Below the pieces are notes generated by a model. That model searched no databases. It saw only the letters and a program-made list of their open reading frames with translations, and was not told the DNA's origin. 64,000 nt of DNA from Desulfosoma sp. (GTDB lineage: Bacteria > Desulfobacterota > Syntrophobacteria > Syntrophobacterales > DSM-9756), in NCBI GenBank assembly GCA_037481835.1, contig JBBFKW010000004.1, forward strand, positions 78,569 to 142,568, given 5' to 3'. Both the position numbers and the translations under genes were made by a program. This document shows positions 10,115-20,135 of the stretch, piece after piece; the first letter of the stretch is position 1; the number at the start of each line of letters is the position of its first letter.

Positions 10115-11788
10115 ATGGAATGCACCATCGTCATTGCGGGCAGCGCCGGAGAAGGCATCCAAACCATCGGGGATGTTTTGGCCGATACCCTGGCCGCTCA
10201 AGGGTATGGGGTCTTCACGTGGCAGGAATACGAGTCGCGCATACGAGGCGGCCAAAATTCCTACACCATTCGGGTGAGCGAATCGCCCGTGAACGCCCCG
10301 ACCATGGAAGCCGACATTTTCCTGTTTCTTAATTCGGAGTCCTTGGAAAAATATCGCCCTCGCATCAAGCCGCACGCCATTCTTCTCGGCGAAACACCGG
10401 CCGGGGAAGACTCCCTTGTCGTTCCTTTTAAAGAGATGGCCCGATCCGTGCTCGGCCGATCCATCTATGCCAACACCATCGCCATGGGGGCCTTGACCGC
10501 GGTGCTCGGTGTAGAACAGGAAACCCTGGAAAGGGTCCTGGCCGAAGAGTTCGCCGCCAAAGGCGATGAGGTGGTCCGCGCCAATCACAAGGCCGCCGCT
10601 CTGGGTTTCGACCATGCCCATCGAGCCTGCCGGGACCGATGCCCATGGGCGTTTCCCAAGACGGAGAAGACCTATTACCTCATTTCGGGAAACGAAGCGC
10701 TGGCTCTGGGTGCCTTTCATGGGGGATGCCGATTCATCGCCGCCTATCCCATGACGCCGTCCACAGGCATCATCACGTTTTTGGCCAAGCACTGGGAAGA
10801 GACGGGCGTTTTTTGCGAACAGGCCGAAGACGAAATCGCCGCCGTCAACATGGCCTTGGGAGCTTCCTTTGCAGGGGCTCGTGCCATGACGGCCACATCC
10901 GGCGGCGGCTTCGCCCTCATGGTGGAAGCCATCAGCCTGTCGGGCATGACCGAAGTGCCTGTGGTCATCGTTCTGGCTCAGAGGCCCGGTCCCGCCACCG
11001 GACTTCCCACTCGGACCGCCCAAGGCGACTTGCTTTTTGCCGTCCATGCAGGGCATGGAGAGTTTCCCAAGGCGGTGCTGGCCGCCTCCGACGCCCAGGA
11101 CGCCTTCCATACCATGTGCCGCGCCTTTCACCTCGCGGACCAATTTCAAATCCCCGTCATCGTCCTGAGCGATCAGCTGCTCGCCGATTCCCGTTTCAGC
11201 GTGGAGAACTTCCACCTGGAATCGGCCGTGCGGCACTCTTTCGCCCCAGATCCTAATGATTTCCAGGAGTATAAACGGTACGCCTTCACCGAAACGGGGG
11301 TGTCGCCCCGCCTTTACCCCGGCCGGGGGCCCCACCTGGTCACCGCCGACAGCGACGAACACGACGAATGGGGACACATCACCGAGGACCTGGCCGTGAC
11401 GGCGCCTTCCATGCACGCGAAGCGGCTCAGAAAGCAGGTCTTCCTCCAACAAGAGATGCGTGCGCCCTTCTCATACCGGACGGAAGACGCCGAGGACATT
11501 TTCTGCACGTGGGGGTCCACCAAAGGAGCGGCCCTGGAGGCCGTGGACGCCCTGCGTCGAGAAGGGGCCCGGGTCGGGCTCATGCACTGGTCGGAACTGT
11601 GGCCGCCGCCTTCGGCATCCTTTCCCCGTAAGGCTCGGCTCTGGACGGTGGAAAACAACGGGACGGGCCAGTGGGCTTCCTTGATGGCCCTGGGCTACGG
11701 TCGGGGTGCGGAAAAACGCATCCTGCGAAGCGACGGCCTCCCCCTTACGGCAGACGACATTCGGAGGGCCTATCATGAGCTCGGTTGA
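10115..11788 (+). CDS. korA: 2-oxoacid:ferredoxin oxidoreductase alpha subunit (gamma-alpha fusion)
   Basis: IAGSAGEG, ESRIRGG, AYPMTP, QAEDEIAA, RPGPATGLPT motifs. Substrate not determinable. Confidence 0.9.
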   Translation: MECTIVIAGSAGEGIQTIGDVLADTLAAQGYGVFTWQEYESRIRGGQNSYTIRVSESPVNAPTMEADIFLFLNSESLEKYRPRIKPHAILLGETPAGEDSLVVPFKEMARSVLGRSIYANTIAMGALTAVLGVEQETLERVLAEEFAAKGDEVVRANHKAAALGFDHAHRACRDRCPWAFPKTEKTYYLISGNEALALGAFHGGCRFIAAYPMTPSTGIITFLAKHWEETGVFCEQAEDEIAAVNMALGASFAGARAMTATSGGGFALMVEAISLSGMTEVPVVIVLAQRPGPATGLPTRTAQGDLLFAVHAGHGEFPKAVLAASDAQDAFHTMCRAFHLADQFQIPVIVLSDQLLADSRFSVENFHLESAVRHSFAPDPNDFQEYKRYAFTETGVSPRLYPGRGPHLVTADSDEHDEWGHITEDLAVTAPSMHAKRLRKQVFLQQEMRAPFSYRTEDAEDIFCTWGSTKGAALEAVDALRREGARVGLMHWSELWPPPSASFPRKARLWTVENNGTGQWASLMALGYGRGAEKRILRSDGLPLTADDIRRAYHELG

Positions 11789-12650
11789 TCTTTTCCAAAA
11801 CGATGTGCCCATCCAATGGTGTCCCGGCTGCCCCAACTTCGGGATTCTCACGGCCGTCAAAAAGGCTTTGGCCGGCCTCGGCCTGAAACCCCAAGACGTG
11901 TGCCTCGTTTCCGGTATCGGCCAAGCGGCCAAACTTCCCCACTACCTCCGGTGTCACTACTTCAACGGCCTGCACGGCCGCGCCATCCCCGTGGCCACGG
12001 GCATCCACGCCGCCAATCCGCACCTGACGACCCTGGTGACGACCGGGGAAGGGGACTGCTACGGGGAAGGCGGCAACCATCTGCTCCACGCCTTCCGCCG
12101 AAATCCCCACATCACCCTCATCATCCACAACAACGAGATTTACGCCCTGACCAAGGGGCAAGGCTCCCCGACCACACCCGCGGGGGAAATCCGAAGCCTC
12201 CACCTTCAGGGCGTGGAAGCCTCCCCCATCAACATGCTCGCCGTGGCCGTGGCCCACGGGTGCCCCTATGTGGCCAGAGGCTTCGCCCTCGATCCCGAGG
12301 CCTTGAGCGGCCTCATCATGGAAGCCGTCCGATGGCCGGGCTTGGCCCTCATCGAAGTCATCCAACCGTGCATCACCTGGGGCCGGCATCCCCTGGACTG
12401 GTACCGTGAAAGGGTTCGCCAGATTCCTGGAACCCACGACCCCACGGACCAGAAAGCCGCCCTTTCCCTTCTCCTCGAGGACGAAAACCGATTCATGGTC
12501 GGCTGCTTTTACAAAAACGACACCCGAACGCCCTTCGGCGCCCGTTTTCGACAGCGCTTCGGCGATAGACCTCTGGCAGGAGAAGACTTTCCGGACATGG
12601 AGCGCACCCTGGAGATTCTGCGCACTTTTCGACCGACCCCACGCACATAA
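11775..12650 (+). CDS. korB: 2-oxoacid:ferredoxin oxidoreductase beta subunit (TPP-binding)
   Basis: WCPGC, SGIG, HGRA, GEGD...HNNEIYALTKGQ; overlaps the end of the alpha gene. Confidence 0.9.
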   Translation: MSSVDLFQNDVPIQWCPGCPNFGILTAVKKALAGLGLKPQDVCLVSGIGQAAKLPHYLRCHYFNGLHGRAIPVATGIHAANPHLTTLVTTGEGDCYGEGGNHLLHAFRRNPHITLIIHNNEIYALTKGQGSPTTPAGEIRSLHLQGVEASPINMLAVAVAHGCPYVARGFALDPEALSGLIMEAVRWPGLALIEVIQPCITWGRHPLDWYRERVRQIPGTHDPTDQKAALSLLLEDENRFMVGCFYKNDTRTPFGARFRQRFGDRPLAGEDFPDMERTLEILRTFRPTPRT

Positions 12651-12733
12651 TCTCTTCCGATGCCGGTCAAGATCATGTATAAAAATTCACGTGAGCGGCC
12701 ATTATCATCAACTTCAAGGACAAAGGAGTGGGT

Positions 12734-13138
12734 ATGCGACGGTTTCTTTGTATCTTCGTGGCTCTGGGTCTCATGGTTTCCTTCGGCTGCGCCAAGAAAG
12801 AACCTCAAGACGCCGCCAAGGCCTACGTGGATCAGCAGATCGCCAAACACAAAGGCTTTCAGCTGGACACCTCCAAGCTGAAATACCAGGTCGTGGAACA
12901 GACGGCCGATGCGGCCAAGGTGTCCGTCACGGGAACCATTGAAGTCAAATCGGTGATCCCGTTGGTCAAGAAGGGCAACGAATGGGTCCTTGCGGAAAAG
13001 GCGGAACCGGCCAAGGAAAAGGCGAGTGTGCCGCCCCCGGCCATGAAGGCCGCCAAGGCTCCGGCTGAAGCAAAACCCGCCCCTGCGGCCCACAAGGTTG
13101 AGGCGAAGCCCGAGGCGAAAGCGGAAAAAGCCCACTAA
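12734..13138 (+). CDS. Lipoprotein with Ala/Lys/Pro/Glu-rich tail
   Basis: AAGGAG RBS; MRRFLCIFVALGLMVSFG-C lipobox-like signal. Confidence 0.8.
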   Translation: MRRFLCIFVALGLMVSFGCAKKEPQDAAKAYVDQQIAKHKGFQLDTSKLKYQVVEQTADAAKVSVTGTIEVKSVIPLVKKGNEWVLAEKAEPAKEKASVPPPAMKAAKAPAEAKPAPAAHKVEAKPEAKAEKAH

Positions 13139-13146
13139 AATTGGAG

Positions 13147-13180
13147 TGCCGGGGAACGCCCCTGGTGGCGCCCCGGCACC
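13147..13180 (+). terminator. Stem-loop between convergent genes
   Basis: GTGCCGGGG...CCCCGGCAC just after the lipoprotein stop; weak U-tract. Confidence 0.4.
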
Positions 13181-13313
13181 GCCGTTGCTTTGCGTGATGA
13201 ACGCCCTTTTCCCCGGCGGGAGCGGGCATGAGCGCCGCGCTTGGCGTGTGCCAGGAATGCATGCACCACCCCTCGGCGCATGGCCCCCTCTTCCAAAAAA
13301 CCCGCCGGCGGAA

Positions 13314-13829
13314 TCAGCTGTGCCTCGCACCCCTGCGTCTGGCCCGTTCCTCCTGCAGTCTCCGGCGGGTCTGTTCCAACCGTGCCTTCACCTTACCGCG
13401 GTACCGCCCCACTGCCCATAAAGCCGCCCAGTATCCCGCAAAAGCCAGAGGCAGCCCCAGAACGATCCCGCCAAGGGTTACCGAGGCCAGAACGTGCGGT
13501 GTTTTGTGAAGAGCCCCCGAAATGATGCCCTGGGTTTCCACCGCTTGAGCCGTCCCGCCCGGCCACCCCATTTTCAGCAGGCGCGCCCCCACCCAGTAGT
13601 TCAGGGCGTAGATTCCGGGAGCCGTCATGGGATTGGTGATCCACACTCCCGCTGCGGCACTCCATTTGTTCCATCCGAGCAGCGCCGCGCAAAAGGCGGC
13701 GATGACCATCTGAAAACCCATGGTCGGGGACATACCGATGAAGAGCCCGAGGGCGAAGCCGAGGGCGATTTCCTGAGGATTGCCCCGAAGGCGGATGAAC
13801 CGTTCGTAAAAGCGCCGCATTCTCTTCAT
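13314..13829 (-). CDS. DUF2062-like membrane protein
   Basis: PQEIALGFALGLFIG and WITNPMT motifs; start uncertain. Confidence 0.75.
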   Translation of the reverse strand: MKRMRRFYERFIRLRGNPQEIALGFALGLFIGMSPTMGFQMVIAAFCAALLGWNKWSAAAGVWITNPMTAPGIYALNYWVGARLLKMGWPGGTAQAVETQGIISGALHKTPHVLASVTLGGIVLGLPLAFAGYWAALWAVGRYRGKVKARLEQTRRRLQEERARRRGARHS

Positions 13830-13927
13830 GCGTTCCCATTTTCTGAAGATCACGGCCCCTGGCGGTTTTCGAAAACCCCGCCGTTTTCGCAATCCCCCTC
13901 AAAGCGGGGAGGCTCGTCTCAGGAGGC

Positions 13928-16456
13928 TCAGTTTTTTTCCGACGCGGTGGGCATGGTCCGCACATGCACATCCAGCTGGGGAAAGGCGATCTCGATCCCT
14001 CTTTCCTGGAACAGTCGGTGGATTTCAAACCGGATATCGGTTTCCACCTGAAGGCACACCGGCACCGTGGTCCACAGGCGCAGCCGGAACATCAAGGCAC
14101 TGTCCCCGAAATCCACGAAGAGCACGCTGGGCTCCGGTTGCTTATACACCAAAGGATGGGCTTCGGCGATCTCCAAAAGGGTGCGGCGCACAAGGTCCAC
14201 ATCCGAACCGTAAGCCACCCCCACGTTGATGTTCCGACGGATCCTTAGATCTTTGAAACTCCAGTTCAGAACCCGACCGCTGATGAATTCGGAGTTGGGA
14301 ATGATCAAGGACGCGTTGTCCACGGTTTGCACGATGGTCGATCGCACGGTGATCCGGCGCACTTCGCCCCACGTGCCGTCGATTTCGATGGAATCCCCCA
14401 CCTGGATGGGCCTTTCAAAAAGTAGGATCAAGCCGCTGATGAAGTTGTTGAAGATGTTTTGGAGCCCGAAGCCCAGGCCTACGCCCAGGGCGCCGAAGGC
14501 GACCGTGAGGGAAGTGCCGCTGAACCCCAGGGCATTGAGCGCAACAAGAATGCCCATGAACCACAAAACATAGCCGGCGATGGAGACGACCGATTCCTGC
14601 AGGCCCCTTTCCAGCCCGCTGTGTCGCAAAAGGCGGTTTTTCACCAGACGCTTCAGCCATCTAGTGCCCACATGGGTCACGGCCACGATGACGGAGGCGT
14701 AAATGAGGCCCAGGACACGAAAATTGAGTCCGCCGAGGGGCAAAGGCGTGTTGAGCAAGTGGAAGAAGGCGACGATGAGCGCCTGCTTGGCGCCCCAGGC
14801 CAAGAGGAGCCCGAGGATTCCGGCGAAAAACCACACCCCCCATAGGGTTTTCACCGTGAGCCAGCGGAAGGAACTCCTGGTTTCTTCTTCGCCCTCCGGA
14901 GCGAAAGTGGCCGCCGTGTGCACGGACATGTCCCATTCCACAAGGCTTCTGAAAAAGAGAAACAACCACAGCGCCACCACCAGGGTTCGGGCCCACCCCA
15001 CATACCAAAAAGTCGCCAAGAGCCCGTAGCCGGCCAGTTCCAGGAGCAGTCCCGCCAGAGCGATCCCGTATCCCAAGACCATGAAAAGGTTCAGAATCCA
15101 GGGTTTGCCTTCCATCCACGAAGGGGGCGTCTCCGAAGCCTTTCGCCTCAGTTCCCGCCAGAACGCCACGCTCCAGGCCAGAAACGCCGTCTCCAGCGCC
15201 AATCGGTAGAGCAACAGTAAAGCGCTGGTCCGCCCCAGGCTTTCCTGAAGCACCACGTAGGCGAGGAGCAGCCATCGGCCGGCCGAAACCATGAGACGGA
15301 CCCGCCGGGCCGCAAAAGCAAAGCGTTCGGGCCGAAAGGTTTCCTTGAAGGCGCGCAGGAAATGGATGACCCAAGAAGTAAGCAGCCACACGACGAGGAC
15401 CTGGCACAGGCCCCTCAAGAAAACGGAGGTGTCGTAAAGGTCTCGAGCCAGGGTATAGCCGAAGACGAAAAGGGTCGCCCCCGCCAAGGGCAGGGAGTGA
15501 GTGAGCAGGCTCAGGGTGAGAAAATACCAAGGCTTCACCGAGCGATTGCAGCGATCGAGGAGCGCCTCGCTCAGGCGCCGAAACCGAAAGAACAGCCATT
15601 CCAGAATGGCGAAAACGAGGATCGAGGTGACGAGAAGCACCCCGCCGGCTTTCCAGAGCGCCCTGCCGAGTTCCGCCCACACCTTGGGCTGAAGACCCTG
15701 GCTGATGAGCAGGGCCGCGTTGTCCAGGTCGCGCCGCACTTCCGTCGGGTCCAAAACGGCCAAGGGGTTTCGACTCCGACGGAACAGGTCTTCCCGCTTG
15801 CGTTCGGCGATGCGCTTGCTGAGGCGATCCAGCAGGGCTGTCCCTTCATCGCGCACCGCGCTCCAGTCCTCGATGAGTTTCTGGTAGATGTCCTGGAACT
15901 CTCCCAGCCGTTTTTCTTTCTGCTTGAAGAGCTCGTTGGCTTCCTTGAGCTGTCCGGCCAAGGTGCGGATGATGGGAAGATCGTCCCGGCGCGTCTTCAA
16001 CGTCTCCATCCGGGTCTGGTTGGCGGCCCGCTGCTCCGCCAGAGCACCCAGCTTTGCGGCGATCTCCGTATGCTTGTCCTGAAACTCCTTCACCCGGGCG
16101 GCTGCGCCGTCTACCGTCTGCTTGAGCGATCCCAGGGCCTTGTCCAGATCTTCCAAGGCGGGGGAGGAGAGGGACATGAGGTTGCCGACGGCGGAAAGCT
16201 GGAGCCGCGCCGCATTGAGTTCCCCCGCCCAGGGGGTTTGCCACCGCTTGAGTTCCTCGAGGCTCTTCCCCAGCTGTTCCAGGTCCTGCTTTTCCGCCTG
16301 AATGGCCTTTTCCAAGGACGAAGACAATTCGGCGTACTGATCCTGGCCGTCGGTTCCCAAAACCTCGGAAGTTTGCGCCGACACGAAGCACGGCGCGACA
16401 AGAAACCCCAGGTAAACGACGACCAGGAGGCTCACTGTTCTCGGCTTGAAAAACAT
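13928..16456 (-). CDS. Large mechanosensitive channel (MscS/MscK-like) with periplasmic coiled coil
   Basis: GVGLGFGLQNIFNNFISGLILLFERPIQVGD; AAGGAG RBS before MFFKPR. Confidence 0.92.
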   Translation of the reverse strand: MFFKPRTVSLLVVVYLGFLVAPCFVSAQTSEVLGTDGQDQYAELSSSLEKAIQAEKQDLEQLGKSLEELKRWQTPWAGELNAARLQLSAVGNLMSLSSPALEDLDKALGSLKQTVDGAAARVKEFQDKHTEIAAKLGALAEQRAANQTRMETLKTRRDDLPIIRTLAGQLKEANELFKQKEKRLGEFQDIYQKLIEDWSAVRDEGTALLDRLSKRIAERKREDLFRRSRNPLAVLDPTEVRRDLDNAALLISQGLQPKVWAELGRALWKAGGVLLVTSILVFAILEWLFFRFRRLSEALLDRCNRSVKPWYFLTLSLLTHSLPLAGATLFVFGYTLARDLYDTSVFLRGLCQVLVVWLLTSWVIHFLRAFKETFRPERFAFAARRVRLMVSAGRWLLLAYVVLQESLGRTSALLLLYRLALETAFLAWSVAFWRELRRKASETPPSWMEGKPWILNLFMVLGYGIALAGLLLELAGYGLLATFWYVGWARTLVVALWLFLFFRSLVEWDMSVHTAATFAPEGEEETRSSFRWLTVKTLWGVWFFAGILGLLLAWGAKQALIVAFFHLLNTPLPLGGLNFRVLGLIYASVIVAVTHVGTRWLKRLVKNRLLRHSGLERGLQESVVSIAGYVLWFMGILVALNALGFSGTSLTVAFGALGVGLGFGLQNIFNNFISGLILLFERPIQVGDSIEIDGTWGEVRRITVRSTIVQTVDNASLIIPNSEFISGRVLNWSFKDLRIRRNINVGVAYGSDVDLVRRTLLEIAEAHPLVYKQPEPSVLFVDFGDSALMFRLRLWTTVPVCLQVETDIRFEIHRLFQERGIEIAFPQLDVHVRTMPTASEKN

Positions 16457-16528
16457 GGCTCTCCTTTCTCGGTCCCCCCGGCTTTGCCGGTCCGAGCCCC
16501 GCACGGGCTCGGATTTGTCAAACGGGCC

Positions 16529-17254
16529 TCAGCCAATGTGCGCCTTCTTTCGAACCCTGAGGTTCAACGCTTCCACGAAAACGGAAAAACCCATGGCGAA
16601 GTAAATGTAGCCTCGGTCGATGTGCTTGCCGAACCCTTCGGCCACCAGCATCACCCCGATGAGCAGGAGAAAGCTCAAAGCGAGCATCTTCAACGTGGGA
16701 TGCTTGTCAATGAAGGCGCTGACCATGCCGGCGAAAAGCATCATGGCCCCGACGGCCAAAATGATGGCCGCTATCATGATCGCGATGTGCCGGGCCATCC
16801 CCACGGCAGTAATGATGGAATCCAGGGAAAAGACGAGATCCAATAAAAAAATTTGAAACACCACTGAAAGGAAGTCGGCTGGGGCTTTGAGCCTTTTTTC
16901 CTGGGGCGTCGCCGGCCCTTCCAACTTGTTGTGAATTTCGTGGGTCGCCTTGCCGATGAGAAACAATCCCCCGAGAAGAAGAATGAGGTCCCGTCCCGAC
17001 ATGGGGTGGGACAAGAGGTGAAACAGCGGGGAGGTGAGCCGCATCATAAAAGTGAGGGTCAGAAGCAGACCGATTCGCAGGAACATGGCGCCGAAAAGGC
17101 CGAGTCTTCGGGCCGTCTCCTGCCTTTCCCGGGGCAGGCGTCCGGTGACGATGGCGATGAAGACGATGTTGTCAATGCCCAGGACAAGCTCCATGGCCGT
17201 CAGGGTGACCAGAGCCGCCGCATTTTCCAGGGTAAAGAGGTTTTCCAGCAACAT
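16529..17254 (-). CDS. TerC-family membrane protein
   Basis: ELVLGIDNIVFI and DLVFSLDSIITAVG motifs. Confidence 0.92.
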   Translation of the reverse strand: MLLENLFTLENAAALVTLTAMELVLGIDNIVFIAIVTGRLPRERQETARRLGLFGAMFLRIGLLLTLTFMMRLTSPLFHLLSHPMSGRDLILLLGGLFLIGKATHEIHNKLEGPATPQEKRLKAPADFLSVVFQIFLLDLVFSLDSIITAVGMARHIAIMIAAIILAVGAMMLFAGMVSAFIDKHPTLKMLALSFLLLIGVMLVAEGFGKHIDRGYIYFAMGFSVFVEALNLRVRKKAHIG

Positions 17255-17264
17255 TGCCGCCCTT

Positions 17265-18152
17265 TCAGTACACCTTGAGTGTGCCGTGGCGTTTGCCGAG
17301 GACCTCCAGCGTATCGTTGATGATGACGAAGGCGTGGGGGTCGATGCGAAAAATCGCCTCCTTGAGCTTGGGCAGCTCCGTCAGGGTCGTCACGGTGAGG
17401 ATCACGTCCCGATCTTCTCCCGAATAGCCCCCCGTGCCCTTGAGGAAGGTCACCCCGCGCCGGATTCCGTGAAGAATGAAATCCGCCGTTTCCTGCGCCT
17501 TCGAGGAAACGATCAAGACCATCTTTCGGCGGTTGAACCCCACCATGACGGCATCTACCACACGGCTGCTTGCGTACACGTAAACGATGGAATACAGGGC
17601 CTTCTCAAGGCCGAAGAAATAGCCGCCGATGCCGAGCACGAGGGCGTTTGCCGCCATGTAGGTGATGCCGACGCGAATCCCCCAGCGCGTGTTCAGATAG
17701 ACGGCCAAGATATCGAGCCCTCCGGCGGAGCCCAGGGACCGGAGCATGATACCGCCGCCCACGCCGCACCAGACCCCGGCAAGCACTGCGGCCAAAAGGG
17801 GATCGCTCACCGTGACCGACGGGACCTTGACCCAGGAGGCCGCCAGGGAAAAGAACACCATGCCGAACAGGGTGTATCCCATAAAACGCCGGCTTACGGA
17901 AACCCAGCCCAGGACCATGAGCGGGATGTTGCTCAAAAGATAAAAATGCCCCACATCCACGGAAGGGTAAAGGTAATGCAGGATGACAGCCACCCCGACA
18001 ACGCCGCCGCTCAGGAGCTTTTGCGGGATGAGCACGGCGTTCATGCCGAGCACATAGATGAGGCTTCCCAGAACAATCAAGGACACGTTGACGCCGAGGG
18101 ACTTCCAGTCCCACGCTGCCCGGAGGCGCCATCGCTGTTTCCGTAAATCCAT
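17265..18152 (-). CDS. YitT-family membrane protein
   Basis: SGGVVG, GSAGGLDI, RGVT..G.GGYSG, IDPHAFV motifs. Confidence 0.88.
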   Translation of the reverse strand: MDLRKQRWRLRAAWDWKSLGVNVSLIVLGSLIYVLGMNAVLIPQKLLSGGVVGVAVILHYLYPSVDVGHFYLLSNIPLMVLGWVSVSRRFMGYTLFGMVFFSLAASWVKVPSVTVSDPLLAAVLAGVWCGVGGGIMLRSLGSAGGLDILAVYLNTRWGIRVGITYMAANALVLGIGGYFFGLEKALYSIVYVYASSRVVDAVMVGFNRRKMVLIVSSKAQETADFILHGIRRGVTFLKGTGGYSGEDRDVILTVTTLTELPKLKEAIFRIDPHAFVIINDTLEVLGKRHGTLKVY

Positions 18153-18247
18153 ATCCGTCCCTTCCTTGGCCCTGGCGAGTCTGCCGGCTCGGTGCCGGAG
18201 CGTGCAGCCCGGCGGACACGGTGATCCCGCGCGGTCAGCTCGAGGGG

Positions 18248-19810
18248 CTATGAAGCCGCAGCCGCCACGGTTTTGCAATAGATCATTTTATGATCGTCCG
18301 GGGCGTAAAAATCGGGAAGGGAGGCGACCCGAACATAACCGGCATGAAGGTAAAATCGCCGCGTCGGCTCGTATAAGGGTCGAGAGGACGTTTCCACATA
18401 AACTTTTCGGCCTCCGGCGCGCCTTATGGCCTCTTCCGTGGCATGGAGCAGGACCTTTCCGACGCCTCGGCCTTGCCATGCCGGGTCCACCACGATCCAG
18501 TACAGGTCGAATCTCCCGGCCGTCCCTGAAATGGGCCCGTAACACGTATAGCCGACGACGCGGCCGTCGTGTTCCGCCACGATGAAATAATAGCCCGAGG
18601 CGGCCGCCCCCAGGGTGAGATTCTGCCGGGCCAGGTCCCGGGCGACGGCGATTTCTTCCGCATTGAAAAAACCCGTCTCGGCCGCGATCTGCTCGACGGC
18701 ATCCATATCCGACGGCTTCAGATGGGTTCTCAGGGCGAGACCCGGCAGTGGCATGGCGTTGAGGGAGAAGCTCGTTTCCTGTTCGGAAAGAAAGTGCGTT
18801 TCAGAAAGCTTTCGGTCTGACGGTCGCGCTGCCGCGGCATCTTCCACGAGTCGATACACCACTGCGTCCATGTCCAACCCGGCTTGGCGCGCCGCGGCCA
18901 TGAAGCCCGCATCGGGCGAAAGGCACGGGTTGGCATTGATTTCCAAAACCCACGGCCGGCCGTCTTCGTCCACACGAAAATCGATCCGCGCGTAGCCCCG
19001 TAGGCCGAAAAGGTCCCAGCATCGCCGCGCGAGCGCCGAAAGCCGCTCCGCAAGCGCTCCATCTTCCCGGGCCGCCAAAAAAGACCTCACCGTGTGCCTT
19101 TCGGCAAAGGAGCCCTCCGCCCACTTGGCCTCGTAGTCCACAATGCGGTGCCGCTCCGGCTCGAACCCCTCGAAGCGCATCTCCGCCACCGGCAGCACCT
19201 CCACCCCTCCGGGCCGAGCGAGCAGCGCCAGATTGAATTCGCGCCCGTCGATGAAGCGCTCCGCAAAAAACCCTGCCGGTCCGAACCGGTTCCTCGCCCG
19301 GCGGACGGCCCGGTCCCACGCCTCGGGATCGGCCATTGAAACCACCGCCTCCTGGTCGATCCCCACCGAGGCATCTTCCCACAAGGGCTTGACGATGAGG
19401 AGGGTATCCGGGGCCCACGGCGGAGGCGGCCCTTCCGGCTCAAACCACTCCGGCGTAGGCAGACCCCACGCGGTGAGCCACTTTTTGGTGAGCACTTTAT
19501 GGGATGTGCAAAAGACGGCTTCCGTGGGGCATCCCGTGTAAGGGATCCCCTCGACGTCCAAAAGAGCGGGAGCCGTATGGGCCAGCCGCCCGGACCCTTC
19601 CACTGTTTCCACGAGGTTGACGACCACGTCGGGGCCCACGTGACGAAGGGTTCGGCGCATGCCCCCAAGATCCGAATGGAAGGGAAGAAAGATGACATCC
19701 CAGCCGAGCCGCTCCAGAGCCTCACCGATGCATCGGGCCTGGAACAGGACGTCCTGTTCGTCGGGCGGCGCTTCGGGAGGGACGGCGGAATGGAGCACGA
19801 CGGCACGCAT
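18248..19810 (-). CDS. D-Ala-D-Ala-ligase-like ATP-grasp enzyme fused to a C-terminal GNAT acetyltransferase
   Basis: IVKP..EDASVGI, ERFIDGREF, YARIDFR, LEINANP; then DLYWIVVDPAWQGRGVG and FYLHAGY (GNAT). AAGGA RBS before ATG 19810. Confidence 0.88.
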   Translation of the reverse strand: MRAVVLHSAVPPEAPPDEQDVLFQARCIGEALERLGWDVIFLPFHSDLGGMRRTLRHVGPDVVVNLVETVEGSGRLAHTAPALLDVEGIPYTGCPTEAVFCTSHKVLTKKWLTAWGLPTPEWFEPEGPPPPWAPDTLLIVKPLWEDASVGIDQEAVVSMADPEAWDRAVRRARNRFGPAGFFAERFIDGREFNLALLARPGGVEVLPVAEMRFEGFEPERHRIVDYEAKWAEGSFAERHTVRSFLAAREDGALAERLSALARRCWDLFGLRGYARIDFRVDEDGRPWVLEINANPCLSPDAGFMAAARQAGLDMDAVVYRLVEDAAAARPSDRKLSETHFLSEQETSFSLNAMPLPGLALRTHLKPSDMDAVEQIAAETGFFNAEEIAVARDLARQNLTLGAAASGYYFIVAEHDGRVVGYTCYGPISGTAGRFDLYWIVVDPAWQGRGVGKVLLHATEEAIRRAGGRKVYVETSSRPLYEPTRRFYLHAGYVRVASLPDFYAPDDHKMIYCKTVAAAAS

Positions 19811-19831
19811 CAGCTTGTCCTTTCTCAATGC

Positions 19832-19939
19832 CCCCTCACCCTGCCCTCTCCCCCAAAGGGGGAGAGGGATGTTGCGCACCAGGCAAGCCTGCAACCTTAA
19901 TGACCCTCACCCTGCCCTCTCCCCCAAAGGGGGAGAGGG
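19832..19939 (+). repeat. Two direct copies of CCCTCACCCTGCCCTCTCCCCCAAAGGGGGAGAGGG palindromic element
   Basis: Copies start at 19833 and 19904 (71-bp period); the same element seeds the array at 43366-44121. Confidence 0.85.
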
Positions 19940-19955
19940 AAACATCCGGGCACAT

Positions 19956-19981
19956 GGTCTTCCGTTTCGATGGGAATGACG
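19956..19981 (-). repeat. Degenerate CGTC-type REP-like element
   Basis: Reverse complement reads CGTCATTCCCATCGAAACGGAAGACC; related to 47393. Confidence 0.45.
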
Positions 19982-20135
19982 GAAAAATCATGGACCTCCG
20001 CCTCTTCTCTTGATGGGTGTAGGGGGCAAAACAGGATCTGTCGGCCCCCCTTTATAAGGGGAGCGGCACATGCAGGTTCTCGCGTCTCCGCCTCTCGAGG
20101 GTGAGAACGGGAAATTCGCCTTCATTCATGGTTCT

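Noticed and set aside
19811..19894. N-terminal extension MQAC...PLPLWGRGQGEG of the ligase-GNAT
   Set aside because: It is the translated palindromic repeat; a better RBS precedes ATG 19810.
19832..19939. Two-repeat mini-CRISPR
   Set aside because: Only two copies, no cas genes, and the same element occurs inside a gene elsewhere.
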